Positions 19,607-28,192 of a stretch of 64,000 nucleotides of DNA are shown here, piece after piece. The notes under the pieces are model-generated. The model was not told the origin of the DNA, made no database searches, and worked only from the letters and a program-made list of their open reading frames with translations. Position numbers and translations under genes: made by a program. The first letter of the stretch is position 1. Each line of letters starts with the position of its first letter. This DNA comes from Prochlorococcus sp. AG-412-F02 (GTDB lineage Bacteria; Cyanobacteriota; Cyanobacteriia; PCC-6307; Cyanobiaceae): positions 136,492-200,491 of the forward strand of contig QCLA01000001.1 in assembly GCA_003214935.1 (NCBI GenBank). Direction: 5' to 3'.

Positions 19607-22018
19607 TTATTTTATCCAAGCAATACTGCAACCTGGTCCACCATCATTGGTGGCAGCATCCTCTATTTTATCGACATAATTCAATCCTGATAACCATCTT
19701 CTTAATCCTTTTTTTAACTTGCCAGTTCCAATTCCATGAACAATCCATAGCGGACCATGAAACTTTCTAATTTTATCCTCGATAATAACTTCTGCTTCAT
19801 GTACTCTTAATCCCCTTACATCAATTGTATTTTTACTAGTTCTGATTTTTGAAAAAGAAAAATCTTCTCTTGAAGAGTTAATTTCAATTTTAGAATTTTT
19901 TAAATTTGGTTTTTCTCCATTAATACCTTCAAAGTCCTTTAACGTTAATGTGCTTCTAAATGAACCACATGTAACCTCAAAAAATTCACCTTTTTTGTCT
20001 AAATCTGTTATTTGTCCAATACTATTTAAACTTTTGATTTTTATGAAATCACCTAACTGAGGATTCCATGAGATTGCTGTCTCGATATTTTTATGACTTA
20101 AATGTTCTTGCTCAATTGCTTTTAACCTATTTCCAATCAACCTAGAATCATCGCCATCAGCATTCTTATCTCTTAACTTTTTAATCAAATTGATAACCTC
20201 TTTTTTAGCCGATATAATGTGTTTTGATAATTTATACCTTTCATTTTCCTGAATTTTTTCAGCATTAAGTTTTTGAAATTCGTAATTTTCCTTCAATTGA
20301 TCATGTAATATTTCGGTTCTAGCAATAAGTTCAGCCGCAGCTTCTGCCGATTTTTGTTGTTTAATCTTCTCTTCTTCTAATCCCTTAATAATATTATTGA
20401 TGTTTTCAACTTCTTTTGGTTTTAAATAATTTGCAGCTTCATTTAGTATTCTTTCATCTAGACCAATTCTCTTAGAGATTGACAAAGCATTACTCCTTCC
20501 AGGGACACCCCAATTAAGAATATATTTAGGCTTAAATGATTCTTCATCAAAGGCAACTGAAACGTTTTCGAACCTTGGATCACTATATTTTAATGCCTTA
20601 ATATCTCCATAATGAGTAGTAGCTAAAGTAATATCAGATTTATCGGCAAATTCTTTCAACAAAGCAATAGCGAGAGCTGTACCCTCCAGAGGATCAGTCC
20701 CAGATCCAATTTCATCTAGTAACACAATTGATAATCCATTCTTATGATCAAGAGATTCCAAAATTTTTTTAATACGTGAAATATGTCCACTAAAAGTAGA
20801 TAAATTTTCTTCTAAGGATTGATCATCACCAATATCAACAAATATATTTGGGCAAAAAGGTATTGTAGGATTATTTTTTGAGGGGATAAATAATCCTGCT
20901 CTGGCCATTAACAAAGCCAGACCTAGACCTTTTAAAGCGGCAGTTTTACCTCCAGTATTAGGTCCAGTAATAGCCACAACTTTTATATTTCTAGTTATAT
21001 GAAAATCAACAGCTACAGGGACAGATGCTCCTTTTTTTTTATTTTCCCAAATCAATAACGGATGAGAAAAACCTATTAAAGAAACTATTGGATTTTTTTC
21101 AAAAATAGGAATTTTACCTCCAATCCATTTCGAATATCTTGCACGAGTTAAAGCGTTCTCTAATCGCAACAAAATCCCTGCCATCGCAATGAGATTATCA
21201 CTATTATCGCTAATTATTTGAGACCATTTTTGTAGTAATTTAAATTCTTCTCCCGTAACCATTGCCTCTAATGAAGCAATTTTATTACCTTTGGATACTA
21301 CATTCTCTGGTTCAAAATATATTGTATTTCCCGAAGATGAAGAATCATGAATTATGCCTTTAAATTTATCTACAAATTGGACCTTTATAGCTAAAACTGG
21401 TCTACCAAATCTATCCCCAATAGTAGTATCTTGGATAAAAGATAAATTTCTTTGAATAAAGTTATCTATTAATATTTTTCTTTCTAATTTCTTAGATAAT
21501 AATTCTCTTCTAAGATCAGCTAATTTATTACTAGCTCTATCTGAGATTCTCCCGTTAGACTCAATCCCATTTTTTAAAATCTTTTCAATATTGCTATTCT
21601 CGCTTAAATTCTTTGTAAATGATGAAATTAAAGGCCTTTTTTCAACATCTAGTAAGATTTTCTTTAATTTCCTAGCCACAGAAATTGTTTCTGCTATTTC
21701 TAACAAGTCAGAAGAACCAATAACTCCTCCCTTAGAGCAAATTTCAATATTTCTAGTAATATCAAATACCCCAGAAAAACTAATCGATTTTTCTAATTGA
21801 TTTTCTAAATCGTTAATTTCAATAGTCTCATTTAATAATCTTTTAGAAACTTCGAATTCTGATGGAATATCAAAACCTAAAATTGCTCTTTTACCCATTT
21901 TTGTAGAAGCAAATGAAGATAAATGATTTTTTAAAGTATCCCACTCCAAAAGGTTTATAGATTCATCTGATATAGATCTATTTAGATTTAAATATTTTGG
22001 ATGATTGTTCTCTTGCAT
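19607..22018 (-). CDS. mutS2: Endonuclease MutS2
   Basis: TGPNTGGKT, LSTFSGH, LLDEIGSGTDP, TTHY, C-terminal Smr domain (IDVRG, IVHGIGTG). Confidence 0.96.
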   Translation of the reverse strand: MQENNHPKYLNLNRSISDESINLLEWDTLKNHLSSFASTKMGKRAILGFDIPSEFEVSKRLLNETIEINDLENQLEKSISFSGVFDITRNIEICSKGGVIGSSDLLEIAETISVARKLKKILLDVEKRPLISSFTKNLSENSNIEKILKNGIESNGRISDRASNKLADLRRELLSKKLERKILIDNFIQRNLSFIQDTTIGDRFGRPVLAIKVQFVDKFKGIIHDSSSSGNTIYFEPENVVSKGNKIASLEAMVTGEEFKLLQKWSQIISDNSDNLIAMAGILLRLENALTRARYSKWIGGKIPIFEKNPIVSLIGFSHPLLIWENKKKGASVPVAVDFHITRNIKVVAITGPNTGGKTAALKGLGLALLMARAGLFIPSKNNPTIPFCPNIFVDIGDDQSLEENLSTFSGHISRIKKILESLDHKNGLSIVLLDEIGSGTDPLEGTALAIALLKEFADKSDITLATTHYGDIKALKYSDPRFENVSVAFDEESFKPKYILNWGVPGRSNALSISKRIGLDERILNEAANYLKPKEVENINNIIKGLEEEKIKQQKSAEAAAELIARTEILHDQLKENYEFQKLNAEKIQENERYKLSKHIISAKKEVINLIKKLRDKNADGDDSRLIGNRLKAIEQEHLSHKNIETAISWNPQLGDFIKIKSLNSIGQITDLDKKGEFFEVTCGSFRSTLTLKDFEGINGEKPNLKNSKIEINSSREDFSFSKIRTSKNTIDVRGLRVHEAEVIIEDKIRKFHGPLWIVHGIGTGKLKKGLRRWLSGLNYVDKIEDAATNDGGPGCSIAWIK

Positions 22019-22033
22019 ATTAAAGAAAAATAA

Positions 22034-22426
22034 TCAAACATTCGATTGAATTCCACTAGGAGGAACATAAAGCATCTCAAGCCAATTACCTTCTGTATCT
22101 TGCATGTAAAAAGACGCAGTTCCATCTCGATGTTCATGGACTGGACCAACTTTCACCCCAGATTCTTTTAAAGTATTTTGAATATTAAAAACTTCTTCTT
22201 TTTCTTCAAAATGAAAAGCAAAATGAGGTCCTGCAGCTTTATAGCTAGGAGCTAACAAAGCAAGTCCATCTTTTCCTTTACCAGCCTCTAAATAACACCA
22301 ATCTTTATCATCCCAAATCAAGGACATACCTAAGCTCAAGTAAAAAGATTTAGCCCTTTCGAGATTTTCGACTCTAAGTGCAATGTGTCCAATTCTTTGA
22401 ACTCCTTTTAATCCGCTTAAAAACAA
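22034..22426 (-). CDS. VOC/glyoxalase-family protein
   Basis: IGHIALRV.NLE....FY, HFAF, FY.QD.EGNWLE. Confidence 0.9.
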   Translation of the reverse strand: MFLSGLKGVQRIGHIALRVENLERAKSFYLSLGMSLIWDDKDWCYLEAGKGKDGLALLAPSYKAAGPHFAFHFEEKEEVFNIQNTLKESGVKVGPVHEHRDGTASFYMQDTEGNWLEMLYVPPSGIQSNV

Positions 22427-22484
22427 AACAAAAACTGTAAGTATTTACCCAAGAATAAACCAAAAATTTATTATTAATGAGTTT

Positions 22485-23486
22485 TTAACTTTCCTTCAAC
22501 CATTTAGATGCATCACAAGCATGATAAGTAAGTATTAATTTTGCTCCTGCTCTTTTGAAACTAAGCAACGTTTCTAAAACAATGTCCTTCTCATTAATCC
22601 AATTCCGCATAGCAGCTGACTTAACCATAGAATACTCACCACTAACGTTATAAGCAGCTATGGGTTTATTTGAAAAAGTACTGAGTCTATAAACTATGTC
22701 CAAATAAGAAATCCCTGGTTTAACCATCAAAATATCTGCCCCTTCATATTGATCTAAGGCAGATTCAATTAAAGCCTCCTTTGAATTAGCAGGGTCCATT
22801 TGATAAGTAGACTTATTGTCTGGAATTATTTTCTTACTATTTTCTTTAGGAGCCGAATCTAAGGCAGTTCTAAAAGGACCATAATATGCAGATGAAAATT
22901 TTGCAGTGTAACTAATTATACCTACATCACTAAATCCTTCGCTATCAAGAGCTGTTCTTATCGCGCCAACTCTTCCATCCATCATGTCACTTGGACCTAT
23001 AAAATCTGCTCCTGCTCTTGCCTGAGTTAAGGCTTGTTTTTTTAAAATCTCAATAGTTTCATCATTTAAAATTTTTCCATTTTCATCAACTAATCCATCA
23101 TGTCCATCACATGAATAAGGATCCAAAGCAACATCTGTCATTATTGCCATTTCAGGAATTTCTTTTTTTAATATCCGAATAGCATTAGGAATTAAACCTT
23201 TTTCATTAAAACACTCTGCTCCATCTTCCGTTTTTAGGCTGTCATCTATTTTTGGGAAAAGCACAATACATCTTATTCCTAATTCCCAAGCTCTAGTAAC
23301 TTCTTTTATTAAACCATTCATATCCCATCTAAAAGTTCCTGGCATTGCCGAAATTTCTTGTTGAAAATTCTTTTCATGAATAAATAATGGATATATAAAA
23401 TCCTCAGGATTTAGATGGTTTTCTCTTACCATCTCTCTAATAGCATCTGTCCTTCTTAATCTTCTGGGACGAATAATCAAATTCAT
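22485..23486 (-). CDS. hemB: Porphobilinogen synthase (ALA dehydratase)
   Basis: RPRRLR, DVALDPY..DGHDG, PSDMMDGR, YYGPFR, MVKP, AYNVSGEY. Confidence 0.97.
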   Translation of the reverse strand: MNLIIRPRRLRRTDAIREMVRENHLNPEDFIYPLFIHEKNFQQEISAMPGTFRWDMNGLIKEVTRAWELGIRCIVLFPKIDDSLKTEDGAECFNEKGLIPNAIRILKKEIPEMAIMTDVALDPYSCDGHDGLVDENGKILNDETIEILKKQALTQARAGADFIGPSDMMDGRVGAIRTALDSEGFSDVGIISYTAKFSSAYYGPFRTALDSAPKENSKKIIPDNKSTYQMDPANSKEALIESALDQYEGADILMVKPGISYLDIVYRLSTFSNKPIAAYNVSGEYSMVKSAAMRNWINEKDIVLETLLSFKRAGAKLILTYHACDASKWLKES

Positions 23487-23576
23487 ATGAATCTTTTTAA
23501 AATGAAATTAATGAATTATTTATCTAATACGATAGTCTCTTAACTTGCATATAAATTAAATAGACCCCTTTTTTGT

Positions 23577-23680
23577 TATGGAAAATTAACCTAATTTTCC
23601 GTACAATTAATTCAAAAGTTACATAAATATTTTGCGCAAAATTAATTTTTACACACATTTACGACATAAAGGGATAAAAT
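23577..23680 (+). promoter_or_regulatory. Putative regulatory region of bicA-sbtA-sbtB (inverted repeat, palindrome, TTTAC direct repeat, -10-like TAAAAT)
   Basis: TATGGAAAATTA-acc-TAATTTTCCGTA (23577-23603); ATTTTGCGCAAAAT (23629-23642); TTTACACA-ca-TTTACGAC (23648-23665); TAAAAT (23675-23680). Confidence 0.4.
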
Positions 23681-23716
23681 ATTTAGTTGATGCATTTATT
23701 TAAAAGGAGAAGATCT

Positions 23717-25366
23717 TTGCAAATAATCAATGGCTTTCATCTCAAAAATATTAGAGGTGATATTTTAGGTGGTATAACAGCTGCAGTAGTCGCTTTACCC
23801 CTTGCGCTTGCTTTTGGTAATGCTGCCTTGGGGCCAGGAGGAGCAATTTATGGATTATATGGTGCAGTAGTAGTCGGTTTTTTAGCTGCTTTATTTGGCG
23901 GTACACCTGCGCAAGTTAGCGGGCCAACTGGTCCAATGAGTGTTACTGTTGCTGGAGTAGTAGCAGGTTTGGCTGCAGTAGGAGTTCCTAGAGATTTGTC
24001 TGCAGGACAGATTTTACCTCTAGTAATGGCTGCAGTAGTAATTGGTGGTTTATTGCAAATTGCATTTGGAATTCTAAAGCTAGGAAAATATATCACTCTA
24101 GTCCCATATTCTGTTGTATCGGGATTCATGTCTGGTATTGGAGTCATAATCATTGCACTTCAAATTGGGCCATTACTAGGAATAAGCACAAGAGGAGGAG
24201 TAGTCGACTCTTTAACTACTGTTTTTTCAAATTTCCAACCTAATGGCGCCGCCATTGGAGTAGCTATAATGACTTTAGGAATAGTATTTCTAACACCTAG
24301 AACAATAACTCAGTGGGTTCCTTCTCCACTTTTAGCCTTATTAATAGTAACTCCAATATCAATGTTCTTTGGTGGAACAATAGACAGAATTGGAGAAATC
24401 CCTAGAGGAGTTCCATCTTTAGATCTCCCTAGTTTCAACCAGTATTTTCCTATTATTTTCAAGGCAGGTCTTGTATTAGCAGTACTTGGAGCAATTGATT
24501 CTTTACTTACATCCTTAGTAGCAGACAATATTTCTCAAACAAAGCATAATTCTGATAGAGAGTTAATTGGACAGGGGATAGGAAATGCTGTAGCAGGTCT
24601 TTTTTCAGGCTTACCTGGAGCAGGCGCAACAATGAGAACTGTTATAAATGTCAAATCTGGCGGATCTACTCCTTTATCAGGAATGGTTCACTCAATAGTT
24701 TTACTAATAGTTTTAGTCGGGGCTGGTCCATTAGCAGAACAAATACCCACAGCTCTTTTAGCAGGTATCCTTATCAAAGTTGGATTGGATATTATTGACT
24801 GGGGATTCTTGCTAAGAGCACATAAATTATCTCTAAAAACTTCAGTTGTCATGTATGGTGTACTTCTAATGACTGTTTTTTGGGATTTGATCTGGGCAGT
24901 ATTAGTTGGAGTATTTATTGCAAACATGCTGACTATTGATTCCATTACTGAAACTCAACTAGAAGGTATGGAAGAAGATAATCCTTTATTAACAGGTAAT
25001 AATCAAGGACAAAATACATTGCCCGCCGATGAAAAAGCTCTACTTGATAGATGCTCGGGAAAAGTAATGCTATTTAGACTAAAAGGGCCACTTAGTTTTG
25101 GTGCAGCAAAAGGTATCTCTGACAGAATGAACCTAGTAAGAAATTACAAAATTCTGATCTTAGATATTACTGATGTTCCAAGACTTGGAGTAACAGCAAC
25201 ACTTGCTATAGAGGATATGATGCAAGAAGCTAAAAATAATTCTAGGAAAGCATTTGTGGCTGGTGCTAATGAAAAAGTTAGAGAAAGGCTATCCAAGTTT
25301 GGCGTTGATGGAATCATTGAAACAAGAAAACAAGCTTTAGAAACAGCTTTAAATGAATTAGCTTAA
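23717..25366 (+). CDS. bicA: SulP/SLC26 anion transporter with STAS domain, BicA-like bicarbonate transporter
   Basis: GD..GGITAAVVALPLALAFG, QVSGPTGPM, DRELIGQGIGN, GAGATMRT, STAS (GPLSFG, ILDITDV); AAGGAG RBS at 23704-23709 favours TTG 23717. Confidence 0.85.
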   Translation: MQIINGFHLKNIRGDILGGITAAVVALPLALAFGNAALGPGGAIYGLYGAVVVGFLAALFGGTPAQVSGPTGPMSVTVAGVVAGLAAVGVPRDLSAGQILPLVMAAVVIGGLLQIAFGILKLGKYITLVPYSVVSGFMSGIGVIIIALQIGPLLGISTRGGVVDSLTTVFSNFQPNGAAIGVAIMTLGIVFLTPRTITQWVPSPLLALLIVTPISMFFGGTIDRIGEIPRGVPSLDLPSFNQYFPIIFKAGLVLAVLGAIDSLLTSLVADNISQTKHNSDRELIGQGIGNAVAGLFSGLPGAGATMRTVINVKSGGSTPLSGMVHSIVLLIVLVGAGPLAEQIPTALLAGILIKVGLDIIDWGFLLRAHKLSLKTSVVMYGVLLMTVFWDLIWAVLVGVFIANMLTIDSITETQLEGMEEDNPLLTGNNQGQNTLPADEKALLDRCSGKVMLFRLKGPLSFGAAKGISDRMNLVRNYKILILDITDVPRLGVTATLAIEDMMQEAKNNSRKAFVAGANEKVRERLSKFGVDGIIETRKQALETALNELA

Positions 25367-25372
25367 TAATCT

Positions 25373-26371
25373 ATGGAAGTCAATCCAATACTACAAAATG
25401 TATTAGCGCCACCAGTACTTTTCTTTTTAATTGGGGCAATTGCTGTATTTTTTAAATCTGATTTAGAAATACCTGCTCCATTACCAAAACTATTTTCTTT
25501 ATATCTGCTCTTAGCAATTGGATTTAGGGGAGGAATTGAAATTCAAAAAAGTGGTTTAACCGATCAGGTTCTACCTACTTTAAGTGCTGCAATATTAATG
25601 TCTCTAATAATTCCATTAATTGGATTTGTAATATTGAGGTATAAGTTTAATGTTTTCAACTCTGCTGCGATTGCAGCTGCTTACGGTTCTATTAGTGCGG
25701 TCACATTCATATCAGCGGAAAGTTTTTTAGACAGTCAAAACATAGATTTTGATGGATTTATGGTTGGAGCTTTAGCTTTGATGGAGTCTCCAGCAATTAT
25801 CGTTGGCTTGTTACTTGTAAAATTCGCAGCCCCAAAGAATAGACCTAACTCAAGAAAAATGCACCTTAGTGCAATATTGCATGAGTCTATTTTAAATGGA
25901 TCAGTTTATTTATTACTTTCTAGTCTAATAATAGGATTTGTAATCGCCTCAACTAATCCAGCAGGCATTGAAAAAATGGAGCCCTTCACTAAAGATTTAT
26001 TCTATGGTGCTGAATGCTTTTTTCTATTAGATATGGGCATAGTTGCAGCTCAAAGATTGCCTAGTCTAAAAAAAGCCGGTTCATTTCTAATCGCTTTTGC
26101 AATTTTCATGCCAATATTTAATTCTTTAATAGGGGTCTTTGTTGCAAAAGTATTAACTCTAGGACCTGGTAATGCACTACTATTTGTGGTTCTATGTGCT
26201 AGTGCATCGTATTTAGCAGTGCCTGCAGCTATGAGGATGACAGTACCAGAGGCAAAGTCCAGTTACTATATTTCTACAACATTAGGTTTGACTTTCCCAT
26301 TCAATATCGTTCTTGGAATACCAATATATATGAGTTTAGTAAATAAAGTTATTCCACTTTCTACACTATAA
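25373..26371 (+). CDS. sbtA: Na+-dependent bicarbonate transporter SbtA family
   Basis: KSDLEIP, YLLLAIGFRGG, YGSISAVTF, MESPAII, ASASY.AVPAAMR, LG.TFPFN. Confidence 0.9.
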   Translation: MEVNPILQNVLAPPVLFFLIGAIAVFFKSDLEIPAPLPKLFSLYLLLAIGFRGGIEIQKSGLTDQVLPTLSAAILMSLIIPLIGFVILRYKFNVFNSAAIAAAYGSISAVTFISAESFLDSQNIDFDGFMVGALALMESPAIIVGLLLVKFAAPKNRPNSRKMHLSAILHESILNGSVYLLLSSLIIGFVIASTNPAGIEKMEPFTKDLFYGAECFFLLDMGIVAAQRLPSLKKAGSFLIAFAIFMPIFNSLIGVFVAKVLTLGPGNALLFVVLCASASYLAVPAAMRMTVPEAKSSYYISTTLGLTFPFNIVLGIPIYMSLVNKVIPLSTL

Positions 26372-26373
26372 AA

Positions 26374-26655
26374 ATGAAAAGATTAGATTTAATTTTTAGT
26401 GAAAGAGAACTAGATGCAATTCTTAAAACATTAGAAAAGGCTAATGTTCCTGGATATACCGTAATGAAACATGCTACTGGGAGAGGTCCAGAAAGAGTGG
26501 TTACTGAAGATATGGAGTTTACTGGCTTAGGATCAAATGCACATGTTATAGTTTTTTGCGATCAAGAATTAATTGATCAAATGAGAGAAGATATTAAGGC
26601 AGAGCTGAGTTACTATGGCGGGGTAGCTTATATTTCAGAAGCAACTCCTCTTTAA
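26374..26655 (+). CDS. sbtB: PII-like protein SbtB
   Basis: 93 aa PII fold (KRLDLI, GYTV...TGRG, YGGV.YIS) directly after sbtA. Confidence 0.85.
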   Translation: MKRLDLIFSERELDAILKTLEKANVPGYTVMKHATGRGPERVVTEDMEFTGLGSNAHVIVFCDQELIDQMREDIKAELSYYGGVAYISEATPL

Positions 26656-26667
26656 ATATCAATTCTC

Positions 26668-27624
26668 TTAAGAGTGAATCCAATCTACCCTTATATTTTT
26701 TCTACTATTTAAGTATCTATCTATTGACATTGCAGCGATACATCCGTCAGATGCTGCGACTACTGCTTGCTTAAATGGTGTATTTCTTATATCTCCAATA
26801 GCCCATACTCCATCTGAATTTGTGGACATGAAATCATCCACAATCACCCCTCCATCTTCTTTTAAGGCAATCTGATCTCCTAAGAAATCAGTAATTGGCT
26901 TTGAACCACTCATATAAACGAAAACTCCATCTAAATTAAGATTAATAGGATTTTCTTCCTGTTTGTTTTTTACAATTACACCATTAACTCCCATATCATC
27001 TCCCAAAATTTCCAATAATCTTGTTCTACTCCAATGTTTAATATTTGCATTATCCATCAATTCCATAGCCTCCTCATTTTCAGGCTTTGGATCACTTGAT
27101 GTAATCCAATGAACAGTTGAAGCAAATTTAGTAAGGACAGTAGCCTCTTCTATTGCCTCTTTATTTACTCCAATTACAGCCACTTCCCTATTTTTATAAA
27201 AAGCTCCATCACATGTAGCGCAGTAACTTACCCCCTTACCAAGAAAATCTGCTTCCCCTTTAAATGATGCAGGTCTACCCATAGCTCCACTTGCCAGCAC
27301 AAGTGCTTTAGCCTTAAAAGTACCTTCAGGTGTATAAACTGTTTTCCACTCTTCAGAGACATCTATCCCAAAAACTTGGGCTCTTCTATAATCTGTACCA
27401 TATTGAACAGCTTGCTCTCTCATTAATGTAAGTAATTTTTCTCCACTAATATCAACAGGAACACCTGGATAATTTGCTATTTGATGAGTTATTGCCAAGG
27501 CACCAACAGACGGATTTTTATCTAAAATTACCGTCTTTAAATTAGAACGAGAGGTATAAAGAGCACAAGTACATCCTGCCGGACCGCCACCGATAATAAG
27601 AACATCTGACTCGATAATTTCCAA
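26668..27624 (-). CDS. Thioredoxin-reductase-family flavoprotein, probably NADPH-independent (ferredoxin-dependent FFTR/DTR type)
   Basis: GGGPAG FAD motif, GVSYCATCDG redox motif, GD..N..KQA; NADPH motifs replaced (GVNKEA, WITSSD); C-terminal DWIHS. Confidence 0.85.
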   Translation of the reverse strand: MEIIESDVLIIGGGPAGCTCALYTSRSNLKTVILDKNPSVGALAITHQIANYPGVPVDISGEKLLTLMREQAVQYGTDYRRAQVFGIDVSEEWKTVYTPEGTFKAKALVLASGAMGRPASFKGEADFLGKGVSYCATCDGAFYKNREVAVIGVNKEAIEEATVLTKFASTVHWITSSDPKPENEEAMELMDNANIKHWSRTRLLEILGDDMGVNGVIVKNKQEENPINLNLDGVFVYMSGSKPITDFLGDQIALKEDGGVIVDDFMSTNSDGVWAIGDIRNTPFKQAVVAASDGCIAAMSIDRYLNSRKNIRVDWIHS

Positions 27625-27874
27625 TTTTTAAAACTCCTTTTATTAAGTAATTAGATGAGTTTTGGGTTAGAAGATAAAATTGATTAAAATTGCTAACCTT
27701 TTTATAGATATAAGTTAAGAGAAAAAAAATAAAAAAGCATAATATAGAAACAAACTTACATAGGAAAAATAAAAAAATATCAGTTTAAAATGCTCATTGA
27801 CCTTAATTGTTCTTAATTGATCTATTATTAAATAATATTTTGGTATTTACTTTTAAAAGGCCTCTATATTTTTT

Positions 27875-28192
27875 ATGACCAATTCTGATTATCTTTTAAA
27901 AGCTGCTATCAAAAAAATAACAGAAAAATTAAACGAGGCTTTAGTTGAGAAAATTGAGGAAGCAACAAATGTTGCACAAGATGCACCAGAAATAATTAAA
28001 AAAGAATTTGAGACTCTAAAAGAATCAATAATTGAAGAAGCTGCAAGAATGAAATATGAAATGAGTACTAAAGATAATAATCAGACCTCCAAAACAAATC
28101 AAGATCCTACAATCGAAAACGCTCTAATAGAAATAGAAGACATTAACGAAGTCATAGAAAGATTAAATAAAATACTTAACAAGTTAATTTAA
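27875..28192 (+). CDS. Hypothetical coiled-coil protein coupled to ABC1 kinase
   Basis: 105 aa helical; TAATG stop/start overlap with the next gene. Confidence 0.75.
   Translation: MTNSDYLLKAAIKKITEKLNEALVEKIEEATNVAQDAPEIIKKEFETLKESIIEEAARMKYEMSTKDNNQTSKTNQDPTIENALIEIEDINEVIERLNKILNKLI

Noticed and set aside
23848-24945. Three antisense ORFs in bicA
   Set aside because: Mirror-frame shadows of a hydrophobic membrane-protein gene
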